Part shown: piece after piece, positions 1-9,552 of the stretch
How the letters are laid out: each line of letters starts with the position of its first letter
How positions within the stretch are numbered: the first letter of the stretch is position 1
DNA from: an uncultured Verrucomicrobiae bacterium
GTDB lineage: Bacteria; Verrucomicrobiota; Verrucomicrobiia; Chthoniobacterales; JAFAMB01
DNA length: 64,000 bases
Assembly (NCBI GenBank): GCA_963837955.1
Contig: CAWIPH010000002.1
Span: 3,680,001-3,744,000, forward strand
Direction: 5' to 3'
Notes under the pieces: generated by a model
The model's database searches: none
Seen by the model: the letters and a program-made list of their open reading frames with translations, nothing else
Told to the model about the DNA's origin: nothing
Made by a program: the position numbers and the translations under genes

Positions 1-86
1 GTGAAGAATTTCGCGATGTGGCATTAATGGGTCCAGCCGATTTCGCTTTTGAGGGAGCCATCGAACTGCCTTAACCCGGAGATTAT

Positions 87-962
87 ATGTTTACTGGAAC
101 TTATACCGCGCTCGTGACCCCGTTTAAAGCCGGAGCGCTTGACGAAGCCGCGTATCGCCGATTGATCGATTTCCAGATTGATAACGGCGTGAGTGGTATC
201 GTTCCGACTGGCTCAACCGGAGAAGCGGCTACCCTCGACCAGGAGGAGCATCTTCGGACTATTGAGATTGCGGTCAGCCAAGCAAAAGGGCGATGCCGGG
301 TGATTGCCGGGACCGGTTCGAATTCGACGCGGGAAGCGGTCGAACTGTCGGTCGGCGCAGCAAAGTTGGGAGTCGATGCGGTGCTTCTGGCAAGTCCTTA
401 CTACAACAAGCCAACTCCGGAAGGAATCTATCGCCATTTCAAAGCTGTGAGCGAGGCGACTGACGTCTCGATCATGCTGTATAACGTTCCAAGCCGGACA
501 GCGAGCGAGATCGACGTGGAAACTTGTGTGAGGCTGGTGCGAGAATGTAAGAACGTCGTTTCAATCAAAGAAGCGGGAGGCAACTGCGACCGCGTTTCCG
601 CTCTCCGGAGCGCCCTTCCCCCTGAGTTTAGCATCTTATCCGGCGACGACCCCTTAACGCTTCCGTTTATGGCCGTAGGGGCTGTCGGCGTAGTCAGTGT
701 TGCTTCGAACGTGATTCCGAAGCAGGTGAGCGAGATGGTCGAGGCCTTTCTGACCGGACATATTCAGGAAGCCAGAGATCTCCATCTCCGCTATTACCCA
801 ATCTTTAAGGACCTGTTTATCGAGTCCAACCCTATCCCGGTCAAAGCAGCTCTCGCTGCCATGGGAATGATTGAAGCGGAATACCGTTTACCACTCTGCG
901 AGATGCGACCTGGTAACCTGGATCGACTAAAGCGAACACTCGCAGCCGCGAAGTTGATATGA
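87..962 (+). CDS. dapA: 4-hydroxy-tetrahydrodipicolinate synthase
   Basis: TALVTPF, GSTGE, YNVPSRT, IKEAGG, ESNPIPVK motifs. Confidence 0.97.
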   Translation: MFTGTYTALVTPFKAGALDEAAYRRLIDFQIDNGVSGIVPTGSTGEAATLDQEEHLRTIEIAVSQAKGRCRVIAGTGSNSTREAVELSVGAAKLGVDAVLLASPYYNKPTPEGIYRHFKAVSEATDVSIMLYNVPSRTASEIDVETCVRLVRECKNVVSIKEAGGNCDRVSALRSALPPEFSILSGDDPLTLPFMAVGAVGVVSVASNVIPKQVSEMVEAFLTGHIQEARDLHLRYYPIFKDLFIESNPIPVKAALAAMGMIEAEYRLPLCEMRPGNLDRLKRTLAAAKLI

Positions 963-1690
963 CGCGTCTTCTTGTCCAAGGCGGATCCGGCCGCCTTGGC
1001 CAAATCATCGTTCGACTCGCTGAGCAATCGGACAATTGGAAAGTAACTGCGCCGGCCAAAGATGCTCACCTAGAACCTTTGGTGGCAGAGACTGAAGTGG
1101 GCATCGACGTCAGCGTTCCGGAGGCTTCTGTTCGGTTGGCATTGGTCTGTGAGCGCTATGGCCGTCCCTTGGTCATTGGCACCACGGGACACTCTGCGGC
1201 GCAACTGAAAGCCATAGATGCAGCTTCGGCATCTTGTCCTATCCTGGTCGCTCCCAATTTCAGTGTCGGTGTAAACGTTCTCTTTTGGCTAACTCGCGAA
1301 ACGGCGAAGATTCTGGGCGAAGGGTTTGATGCCGAAGTGGTCGAGATGCACCATAGGCTGAAAAAAGACGCGCCCAGCGGGACTGCGAAGCGCATCGGTG
1401 AGATTATTGCTGAAGTGGGGTCAACGGCCTACGAGCGCGCCGTTCGTCACGGGAGGCAAGGGATAGTCGGCGAGCGATCCGCCCAAGAGATCGGCATGCA
1501 TGCTGTACGAGGTGGAAGCGTGGTGGGTGAACATACCGTGGTGTTCGCTGGTGACGGCGAACGAATTGAGCTGATCCACCGCGCAGCCAGTCGTGACACT
1601 TTCGCGCATGGAGCGTTGCGCGCTGCGCAGTGGTTAGTCGGACGGGCGCCAGGGAAGTACGATATGCAGGACGTTCTCGGCTTGAGGTGA
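959..1690 (+). CDS. dapB: 4-hydroxy-tetrahydrodipicolinate reductase
   Basis: GGSGRLG, IGTTG, EMHHRLKKDAPSGTA; overlaps dapA stop. Confidence 0.96.
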   Translation: MTRLLVQGGSGRLGQIIVRLAEQSDNWKVTAPAKDAHLEPLVAETEVGIDVSVPEASVRLALVCERYGRPLVIGTTGHSAAQLKAIDAASASCPILVAPNFSVGVNVLFWLTRETAKILGEGFDAEVVEMHHRLKKDAPSGTAKRIGEIIAEVGSTAYERAVRHGRQGIVGERSAQEIGMHAVRGGSVVGEHTVVFAGDGERIELIHRAASRDTFAHGALRAAQWLVGRAPGKYDMQDVLGLR

Positions 1691-1767
1691 GGACCGCGAG
1701 CCGCAATTGCGCTCCATAATTTTTGTTAACCCAAAAACCGAGGAACCCGGATTCTAGGTTAATCCAC

Positions 1768-2274
1768 ATGCGCACAGGAATTGGACTCGGTTCAAACGTC
1801 GGCGATCGACTGGCGCATCTGCACCAAGCGCTTCGCCGGATCAGAAACTTACAAACAGCAGCTGAGCCACCTCGGGTTTCAAGCATCTTCGAAACGAATC
1901 CGATCGACTGCGCACCAGGAACCAGCGCCTACCTGAACGCAGCCGTGGAGATTCAGTTCGACGGACCTCCCATCGTACTACTCGACGCCTTACTTCGTAT
2001 CGAACGAGAGATGGGGCGGCCGTCCAAACGCCCGCGCAACGCCCCGCGAACGATTGACTTGGACGTGCTGTACGTCGGGAATTTGATTTTAAACAATCCG
2101 GAGATCATTATTCCTCATCCACGTTTACCGCAGCGCCGTTTCGTGCTCGCTCCCCTATCCGAAATTGCCCCCGACCTCATTTTGCCTGGTCAAACAAAGA
2201 CGATTCGAACCTTACTGGAGAATCTGACCGACAACGAGCAGGTGATGCGTATTGAATCTCAGTTGGAGACTTGA
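1768..2274 (+). CDS. folK: 2-amino-4-hydroxy-6-hydroxymethyldihydropteridine diphosphokinase
   Basis: GLGSNVGDR, PRTIDLDVL, IPHPRL..RRFVL; ATG at 1768 chosen. Confidence 0.95.
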   Translation: MRTGIGLGSNVGDRLAHLHQALRRIRNLQTAAEPPRVSSIFETNPIDCAPGTSAYLNAAVEIQFDGPPIVLLDALLRIEREMGRPSKRPRNAPRTIDLDVLYVGNLILNNPEIIIPHPRLPQRRFVLAPLSEIAPDLILPGQTKTIRTLLENLTDNEQVMRIESQLET

Positions 2275-2284
2275 TGTGAATAGA

Positions 2285-3055
2285 ATGACCCCCGAGGCAG
2301 TTCGCCAGGCAAAAGGCCAAGGTGTAACGGCTGTCACCGCCTACGATTACCCGACGGCTCGCTTGTTAGATGAAGCGGGAGTGCAAGTTCTGCTGGTTGG
2401 AGATTCGCTGGGCATGGTTGTGCTGGGATTGCCCGACACAACCGGGGTCGTATTAAGTGATATACTTCACCATGTTCGAGCGGTCAGCCGGGGCGTATCT
2501 CGTTCGCTTGTCGTCGCCGATCTGCCAATTAACACCTATCGAAGCCCTGCGGATGCAATGGCTAACGCCAAGCGGTTAGCTGACGCTGGAGCGGACGCGG
2601 TGAAGCTGGAGGGCGGCCAAGCACAGAGTGCGCAAATCCGGGCGATCACTGACTCCGGCATAGCAGTAATGGGCCATATTGGGATGTTGCCACAGCATAT
2701 TCGCGAGGAGGGCGGTTATCATCGGAAGGGCAAAACGGATGCCGAGAAACAGTTTCTGCTCGATGAGGCCAAAGCGGTTGAGGCGGCTGGTGCATTTGCG
2801 GTCGTGCTCGAGCTGGTGCAATCGAAAGTCGCGGGTGACATCACTCGATCCATTTCAATCCCAACTATCGGTATCGGTTCCGGGCTAGAATGCGACGGGC
2901 AGATCTTAGTGTTTCACGATCTTGTCGGATATTCGCCCTGGTTCATCCCGAAGCATGTGCAGCCACAGGCGAAAGTTGGCGAAGAAATCACGCGAGCCGC
3001 CAAGGCGTTCATCGCGAGCGTGAAGGAGAGGAAGGCGGTGATTGGTGATCGGTAA
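2285..3055 (+). CDS. panB: 3-methyl-2-oxobutanoate hydroxymethyltransferase
   Basis: TAYDY, LVGDSLGM, VKLEGG, TIGIGSG..CDGQILV. Confidence 0.96.
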   Translation: MTPEAVRQAKGQGVTAVTAYDYPTARLLDEAGVQVLLVGDSLGMVVLGLPDTTGVVLSDILHHVRAVSRGVSRSLVVADLPINTYRSPADAMANAKRLADAGADAVKLEGGQAQSAQIRAITDSGIAVMGHIGMLPQHIREEGGYHRKGKTDAEKQFLLDEAKAVEAAGAFAVVLELVQSKVAGDITRSISIPTIGIGSGLECDGQILVFHDLVGYSPWFIPKHVQPQAKVGEEITRAAKAFIASVKERKAVIGDR

Positions 3056-3093
3056 TCGGTAATCAGTAATCAGTGATCGGTGGCGAGGGATAA

Positions 3094-3326
3094 AGCGCCG
3101 AAGGTGCGCGTCAAGACAGCCTAGGCGAAGCCCTAGGAATCCGATCCCCCCGGGCGCCAAGCGCTGAAGGTGCGTTTCAGCGTATTGCCACATGAAACGT
3201 CATAGTGCGCACAACATAACAACGTTATACATATGTGTTGTTGTCGCGCGCTTTCAGCGCTTTATCGCCTGTTTTTCCGATTCCTAGGGTTCCGCCTAGG
3301 CTATCTTGAAACGCGCCCTTGGCGCT
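3094..3326. repeat. REP/REPIN-like element (family B) with long imperfect terminal inverted repeats, flanked by inverted heptamer arrays
   Basis: agcgccgaaggtgcgcgtcaagacagcctagg... mirrored by ...cctaggctatcttgaaacgcgcccttggcgct; related copies at 60578-60896 and (partial) 11926-12015. Confidence 0.85.
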
Positions 3327-3392
3327 ACGGTCTAATCACCGATCACCGATCACCGATCACTGATCACTGATTACTGATTACCGACACCAACC

Positions 3393-4352
3393 TCATCCTT
3401 CCAGAACCTGGCCCATCTGCCGAAACTTCTCGTAACGCTCAATCGGTAGACGATCTCTGGGCTTCTTCCGAAGGAGTTCTACGTTGGCTAACAAAGCTGC
3501 CTTCAAGTTGGCCGCAGCCTGCTCATGATTTACTTGGGCGCCGCCAATCGGTTCAGCGATAACATCGTCAATGAGCTGTAGGCTCTTCAAATCTTGGGCA
3601 GTTAGTTTGAGCGCCTCTGCCGCTTCCGGTGCGTGGTTTCGATGCTTCCAGAGGATTGCGGCGCAACCTTCCGGGCTGATAACCGAATAGTAGGCATTCT
3701 CAAGCATCAACACGCGGTCAGCGACTCCGATTCCCAGCGCACCTCCTGAGCCTCCCTCCCCTATTACCACCGCGACGATCGGCGTTCGAAGCATCATCAT
3801 CTCACGTAAGTTGACTGCGATAGACTCTGAGATGTGACGCTCCTCCGCGCCTACTCCCGGATAAGCTCCCGGCGTGTCTATCAGAGTGATGATCGGCAAA
3901 CCAAACTTGGCAGCCAATCGCATCAGCCGGAGCGCTTTCCGATATCCTTCCGGATGGGCGCTGCCAAAATTCCGACGGATGTTCTCCTTGGTATCCCGTC
4001 CTTTTTGATGCGCCACCACCATGCAGCGATACGGCCCAAGCATGGCAAATCCGCCGGGCATCGCTTGGTCGTCGCCAAACAAGCGATCCCCATGTAGCTC
4101 GATGAAATCGCTGAACGTTAGCTTCAGATAGTCTAAGGCGAACGGGCGAGCCGTATGTCGAGCGATCAAGACTCGCTGCCAAGCTGTCAGATTCTGATAA
4201 ATCTCTTTGCGCGTCTCCTCGATCTTGCTTTCCATTGCCTGGACCTCGCGTTCAAGATCGATAGCCTGTAGTTTCGTATGTTTCTTGATCTCCTCGAGTT
4301 GCTTTTCCAATTCGACGATCGGCTTTTCGAATTCCAAAGGGTAGGGCTTCAT
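3393..4352 (-). CDS. accA: acetyl-CoA carboxylase carboxyltransferase alpha subunit
   Basis: LEFEKPI, ELHGDR, DTPGAYPG, GEGGSGGAL, YSVISPEGCA. Confidence 0.97.
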   Translation of the reverse strand: MKPYPLEFEKPIVELEKQLEEIKKHTKLQAIDLEREVQAMESKIEETRKEIYQNLTAWQRVLIARHTARPFALDYLKLTFSDFIELHGDRLFGDDQAMPGGFAMLGPYRCMVVAHQKGRDTKENIRRNFGSAHPEGYRKALRLMRLAAKFGLPIITLIDTPGAYPGVGAEERHISESIAVNLREMMMLRTPIVAVVIGEGGSGGALGIGVADRVLMLENAYYSVISPEGCAAILWKHRNHAPEAAEALKLTAQDLKSLQLIDDVIAEPIGGAQVNHEQAAANLKAALLANVELLRKKPRDRLPIERYEKFRQMGQVLEG

Positions 4353-5179
4353 CGAATGGTGACCGGAGAATCTTTACCGATTAATGAATACAATTCCTCC
4401 ATTTCGTCCGCGGAAATTTCAATGCCAGACTTTGGTTTTTGGGCATTCGGATTGGAGGGATTGGTCTCAGAATAAATTGTGGTATTGCCGGTATTCAGAA
4501 CGATCCACCGACTACTTCCCAAATAATTTTTGCCACCAAAAGCGACCGGTGCACCTGCTGACCAGGCTTCTTTGCCGATGACCTTAAATTGTCCGGGAGT
4601 CGCATTCGCTGGGAGGTGATAATCGATCGGCTTGTACCACTTGAAGAAGGCGCCGTGATTTAACAGCGTAATGTCTTTGTTAGCGAGGCTGATCTGAAGG
4701 TTAAATTGACCGGACGGAATAATTAATATCTGACCTGGGTGGAGCATTAGACTTTCCAGCCCGTTGGCTTTGAATATGAGCTCTGGTGCCGCTTTGGTTT
4801 TTCCAGAGATTCTCGCGATCGAGTCGCCCCGAGCAACCACATAATTTGTCTTGGTCGGATTCGCGTCGGAGAAAAATTGGCGAATGTTCAAGTCGCCCAC
4901 CATTTTCTTGGCGTCACCGGCTTTGGTCGAAGTTGGAAAGTTCTGGAAAATAGAAATGAGTAATTGTTTGGCTTGGTCGTTGTCCCCTTTGGCCATTAAT
5001 TGTTGTGCTTGGCTGAGAAGGGCAATGCCGGGATCGGGTGTCGGTGTCACTACTGGCTGATTTCCGGCGGAGGGTTTGCCGGCTTTTTTGAAAAACAATT
5101 CATAGGCGGAGAAAGCTCCGCCCCCAAATATCAGAATGACCAGGAAACCAATGACACCGATCTTCCAGAAGACACTCAT
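4349..5179 (-). CDS. membrane-anchored LysM peptidoglycan-binding protein with L,D-transpeptidase-like C-terminus lacking the usual HG..C motif
   Basis: N-terminal TM; YVVARGDSIARIS..ELIFKANGL..LHPGQILIIP LysM. Confidence 0.75.
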   Translation of the reverse strand: MSVFWKIGVIGFLVILIFGGGAFSAYELFFKKAGKPSAGNQPVVTPTPDPGIALLSQAQQLMAKGDNDQAKQLLISIFQNFPTSTKAGDAKKMVGDLNIRQFFSDANPTKTNYVVARGDSIARISGKTKAAPELIFKANGLESLMLHPGQILIIPSGQFNLQISLANKDITLLNHGAFFKWYKPIDYHLPANATPGQFKVIGKEAWSAGAPVAFGGKNYLGSSRWIVLNTGNTTIYSETNPSNPNAQKPKSGIEISADEMEELYSLIGKDSPVTIR

Positions 5180-5241
5180 TCAGGGGAACATGATATAGCC
5201 TACGCCGCATTAAGCGGCCGAAGCGGCCGCAATTCAAGGGT

Positions 5242-5760
5242 TTATAGCAACCCTTTGCGCCGAAAATCGAACCAATTGATTTGCGCGGATTGTTCGACCA
5301 ATTCGAACGTGAACTTCAACAAACAGATCTCCCAACCTTCATCGACGCCACGAATGATGGCACTACCGCTTCGCTCCGAATCTGGCAGCTGACTAATGAC
5401 GCGATCGAGTACCGCTTCAAGCGAGTCGTGAACTAAATCTTCGGAAACATTGTCTTTCCGGATCTGAAATCCGTACTTAAGGAACGCAGCGTTGCGCGCT
5501 TGCAGCATTTGAGCAAAGTCGTTGGCGGCGTCACCGAAACCATCAAGCAAAAGCTTGGTCAGATTATCAGGAGTTAACAGCTTCGGTCGATCAGCCTGGA
5601 TGCGGCCGGCTCGCACTCGGATCTCGTTGACCTTGTCCATCAATTCGGTGACGAGATAGAAATGAAAGCTAGTTGTTCCGAAGGATTCGATTCGCCGATC
5701 GGGCGAATGAATCACTTTCGTGTTCTCCAGCGCGTACTGGATGTCGGTTCCCGAGTACAT
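5242..5760 (-). CDS. hypothetical protein
   Basis: 172-aa ORF with ATG, protein-like composition, co-oriented with neighbours. Confidence 0.75.
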   Translation of the reverse strand: MYSGTDIQYALENTKVIHSPDRRIESFGTTSFHFYLVTELMDKVNEIRVRAGRIQADRPKLLTPDNLTKLLLDGFGDAANDFAQMLQARNAAFLKYGFQIRKDNVSEDLVHDSLEAVLDRVISQLPDSERSGSAIIRGVDEGWEICLLKFTFELVEQSAQINWFDFRRKGLL

Positions 5761-5873
5761 AGGTAAAAGTCGCTATACTAGCCTATTTCGCTTCAGAAAC
5801 AATATCGCGCTCATTGTCTCTCTGGTCTAGAAGACCCGGCATCAGAAACCCTGCGGTATCGAAAAACGAAAAA

Positions 5874-5895
5874 CACGGTGGGAGAACCCACCGTG
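5874..5895 (-). terminator. rho-independent terminator downstream of acpP
   Basis: hairpin cacggtggg-agaa-cccaccgtg with A-rich run on its left (U-tract on minus strand). Confidence 0.65.
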
Positions 5896-5962
5896 CTGCA
5901 AAAATAGCGGTGCATCCTGGCAGTTCCCGAGAGCCCTGAACCGCCAAAGGGTGTACCACCCG

Positions 5963-6205
5963 TCACTTCGCGCGCTCTTCGATATAGCGGATCACGTCGC
6001 CAACTGTCTGCAGCTTTTCGGCATCTTCGTCAGGTACTTCGACCGAAAACTCTTCCTCGAAGGCCATCACGAGCTCTACCGTATCGAGCGAGTCAGCGCC
6101 GAGATCCTCGATAAAAGAAGCGTTAGGCGTAACCTGTTCCGGATTTACGCCGAGTTGTTCGACGATGATCTCCTTCACTTTATCTTCTATGGATTTCTCA
6201 GACAT
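5963..6205 (-). CDS. acpP: acyl carrier protein
   Basis: [20 protein letters not shown]. Confidence 0.98.
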   Translation of the reverse strand: MSEKSIEDKVKEIIVEQLGVNPEQVTPNASFIEDLGADSLDTVELVMAFEEEFSVEVPDEDAEKLQTVGDVIRYIEERAK

Positions 6206-6609
6206 AAATCGCGTTTCTTCTCGTTTTGGTTAAGACGGGCTACCCTTAATAACGTTGCCCAGTGATGGCAACTAAATTAATTGCATCAAATAGCAACAAA
6301 ATTCTTTGACGAGTAGGGCTGACCTGGCAGCCGCCTCCGGTTCTCGGGGATTCTGGCGCCGGGCGGTTTCACGAGGATAGATAAGAGCGAGGGGTTCAAG
6401 GATTTATCTTAAAGTGCTGCTACTCCATTCCGCGGAAATATTTGGGCGAATTTTCCCAAACTAAAGATCGCTAGGTCGGTTTAATCGATCGCTGCTAACG
6501 TGTTTTTGTGTTGACCTGTTGTTTGGATTAGCCACTCTAGACGCCTCTTGCCTGCCAGTTGCCACAGAAGTTTACTTTTAGGCCCGAAATTGTTACCTCT
6601 AACCCCACC

Positions 6610-8415
6610 ATGGCGGATCCAATTTCCTCCTTCGATCTTCGTTTCACTCCCGATTGGCTGAAGGAATCGGAGAAGGAAAATCGGTACGCCGACTACGAAG
6701 GAGAGGCTCGCGAAAACCGGCGCGATCGACATGACTCTCGTCCGCGTCGCGGCGGCCCATCCGACCGGCAACGGCGCGACCCACGTGATAACCGAAGGGC
6801 CGGTTCGCGACCACCGCGACCCGGCGGACAGCGCCCCCGCGACGCGGCACCAGGCCAGAGACCACCGCGAACGGAGGACCGAAACCGGCCGCGTCGCGAT
6901 GAGCAGCGACCGGTGCTGGAGGAAGTCGAGCCGGCTGCGGTCCAAGTGGATTTCCTGCCCGAGGAGCGCGCATTTTCCAAAGTAATTGAACAAATTAAGC
7001 AGGGCCATACGGCTTATCCGCTCTTCGGTTTGGCCCGAATGTTCTTGGAACGCCCCGAACGCCATCGCTTACGCATTCGCTCGTTGGATAACAACAAGAT
7101 GCTGTTTCAGCTGGGCGACCACGGACCGATTGCGTTGGAAGGCGTTGCTCTGGAACGGATCGCCTTCGCTGAGAAACGCGATGAGTTTTATGCGACCGAA
7201 ATGGTCGAAAAAGAACCAATCAAAGGGAACTTTACCTCAGTTGCTCGGTGTACGTTATCGGGTCGGGTCTTGGGCCCAACCAACTATCACACGTTCCAGA
7301 AGACCATACGTTCTTTGTACGATCAGCGCTTTAGCCGGCGGATGAGCTTCGAAGAATATCGGCGCACTATCGAGATCAGTACCGATTCGGCAATTGTTGA
7401 CCAGTGGAAAGAAGAAGCGCGAAGGACGATGACTTTTCGAACAAAAGAAGGCGATCAGCCGCTAACCTTCGAAAATTTGAATGCCGTAGAGTTACATTTT
7501 CGGCAAAACTATTTTCAGAAAGTAGTCAGGCCGTGCCTGGCTGCCGAGATATACGGCGACCATGTGCGGCATCTTCCAGACCGTTCAGTGGTTGCGGCTA
7601 TTCGAAAGGCACGGGACAGGGAAAATCGCTTTCCCGCCCAGATGGCAGGCGCATTGCGGCACGGCTTAAATCAAGCTGGTCTCCATGTTTTTAAGCACAA
7701 GAAGCGCATTCTCTATATTTCCACCGTCCGACCACAACTCTTCGATCCGAACCAAACTTCGCTTTCCTCGGGTCTTGCCGCAATTCTAGCTGCGCTCCGC
7801 TCGTATCCGCGCATCACTCGAAAGCAGCTCGCGGAAAAAGTGTTGGCGAAGTTGATCGGCGACAAGAGCCTCGAACCAACGAGTCCCGAGTACGCGCAGG
7901 GAAAGACGAATTTAGCCTCCGATCTGCTTTGGTTAGCTAAAGCCGGCCATGTGATCGAATTTTCTGACGGCACGTTGGATTTGCCACTTTCTCCCAAGAG
8001 CCCCGAACAAAAGGAAGCGCACCCAACCGAAAACGCTCCTTCCCCTGCATCTCCGATATCAAAGTCGCTGCATTCCGAAAAAGAAACCGATCCGCTGAAG
8101 GTAGAGCACGAGCCTTTAGCCGACCAACCGGCTACGGCAACAGAACAAATCGGGGAAGACGCTTTCGGCACGCCGGCCGAAGAGGGCACAGAAACTGGAC
8201 AGAAACAGGATCTGACGCATTCCGATCAAAAACCACACGAGCCCGAAGTTCATGCCGTTGGCCAAGAGCCGTTTTCGCCCGAGTCTCAGAGTGCCCCGGA
8301 GACACCGAATTCGCCGCAAAGCGACGTGTTGACCGCGGAAGGGGGAAGCGTCAATCCTCCCGACTCCTCAGATTCTCCAGAGGAACGGAGAGAATGGGCA
8401 GCAGCCGGTTCTTAG
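6610..8415 (+). CDS. hypothetical protein with Arg-rich N-terminal and acidic/Pro-rich C-terminal disordered regions
   Basis: long ORF with globular middle; ATG at 6610 chosen. Confidence 0.8.
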   Translation: MADPISSFDLRFTPDWLKESEKENRYADYEGEARENRRDRHDSRPRRGGPSDRQRRDPRDNRRAGSRPPRPGGQRPRDAAPGQRPPRTEDRNRPRRDEQRPVLEEVEPAAVQVDFLPEERAFSKVIEQIKQGHTAYPLFGLARMFLERPERHRLRIRSLDNNKMLFQLGDHGPIALEGVALERIAFAEKRDEFYATEMVEKEPIKGNFTSVARCTLSGRVLGPTNYHTFQKTIRSLYDQRFSRRMSFEEYRRTIEISTDSAIVDQWKEEARRTMTFRTKEGDQPLTFENLNAVELHFRQNYFQKVVRPCLAAEIYGDHVRHLPDRSVVAAIRKARDRENRFPAQMAGALRHGLNQAGLHVFKHKKRILYISTVRPQLFDPNQTSLSSGLAAILAALRSYPRITRKQLAEKVLAKLIGDKSLEPTSPEYAQGKTNLASDLLWLAKAGHVIEFSDGTLDLPLSPKSPEQKEAHPTENAPSPASPISKSLHSEKETDPLKVEHEPLADQPATATEQIGEDAFGTPAEEGTETGQKQDLTHSDQKPHEPEVHAVGQEPFSPESQSAPETPNSPQSDVLTAEGGSVNPPDSSDSPEERREWAAAGS

Positions 8416-8428
8416 GAATCTTCATCGC

Positions 8429-9232
8429 ATGAGGATCGTCCGGTACCTGGCTCAGGAAGGGAGCGTGCGCTATGCAGCCGAGGAACCAAGCGGGCGGTGC
8501 TTTGATCTCTCTGGCGATATTTACCACGCATTCGAGGTCACAGACCACGAAGCGAACATGGTAAAGCTGCTGGCCCCGGTTGAACCACGCGTCTTGCTCT
8601 GCATCGGGCTGAATTATCGCGATCACGCGCAGGAACAAGGATCTCCGTTGCCGCAGTGGCCAATGCTATTCATTAAGTCTCCCAATAGCCTTAGCCATCC
8701 GGGCGATCCGATCGTCGTTCCGACTCATCTGGCCAGTGCAGAGGTCGACTATGAAGGAGAGCTCGCGGTAGTGATCGGGCGGGATTGCAAGAACGTCCGG
8801 CGCGAAGACGCCCTTTCTTTCGTCCTTGGCTACACCGTCGCAGATGATGTGACCGCACGGGATTGGCAAAAGAAATATGGTGGAGGCCAATTCTGCCGCG
8901 GAAAGAGTTTTGACACATTCGCGCCGCTTGGGCCCGCACTCCTCACCAAAGACGAGATCCCGGACCCCGGCCAGTTACGTATCCAAACCCGGGTAAACAG
9001 CGAAACAAGACAAGATTCGAACACGTCTAATCTCATTTTTGACATTCCAACGCTGATTGAATTCTTGAGCGGAAGTACGACGCTGCTGGCGGGATCAGTC
9101 ATCCTTACGGGAACTCCTAATGGAGTGGGAATGGCCATGAAACCACCGCATTTCTTGCGGCCTGGTGATGTGGTTGAGGTCGAGATCGAAAAGATTGGCG
9201 TGCTAAGCAACCCGGTCACGAAAGAGTTGTAG
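8429..9232 (+). CDS. fumarylacetoacetate hydrolase family protein
   Basis: CIGLNYRDH, VDYEGEL, DVTARDWQ, GKSFDTF, TGTPNGVG. Confidence 0.95.
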   Translation: MRIVRYLAQEGSVRYAAEEPSGRCFDLSGDIYHAFEVTDHEANMVKLLAPVEPRVLLCIGLNYRDHAQEQGSPLPQWPMLFIKSPNSLSHPGDPIVVPTHLASAEVDYEGELAVVIGRDCKNVRREDALSFVLGYTVADDVTARDWQKKYGGGQFCRGKSFDTFAPLGPALLTKDEIPDPGQLRIQTRVNSETRQDSNTSNLIFDIPTLIEFLSGSTTLLAGSVILTGTPNGVGMAMKPPHFLRPGDVVEVEIEKIGVLSNPVTKEL

Positions 9233-9235
9233 CCT

Positions 9236-9404
9236 GTAGCCTGATCCTCCTGGCTCAGGAAGGGTACAGCTTGTGAGAGGCGAGAAGTGATTGGTGATTA
9301 GTGATTAGTAAGGGCGGTGAGAGATTTTTGCCGATCGGTATCCACCCACTATTCACCTCTCACTTCTCACAAGCTGTACCCCTGAGCCAGGAGGATCAGG
9401 CTAC
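9236..9404. repeat. GTAG-type REP doublet (family A) in inverted orientation
   Basis: gtagcctgatcctcctggctcagg...gtacagcttgtgaga at 9236-9278 and its reverse complement at 9365-9404. Confidence 0.85.
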
Positions 9405-9552
9405 TTCGCGAGCCAGTGCGACTCCGTTTGAGCACGCGCGTATTTGAGGGTGGAGTCGCGACACCGATACGCGCGCAGGTCGGAATTGAAGTTCGAAAGG
9501 AAATAAAAAGCAGCTGTTGCGGCTGACGAAGCACCCCTATATTGCCGGCTTC

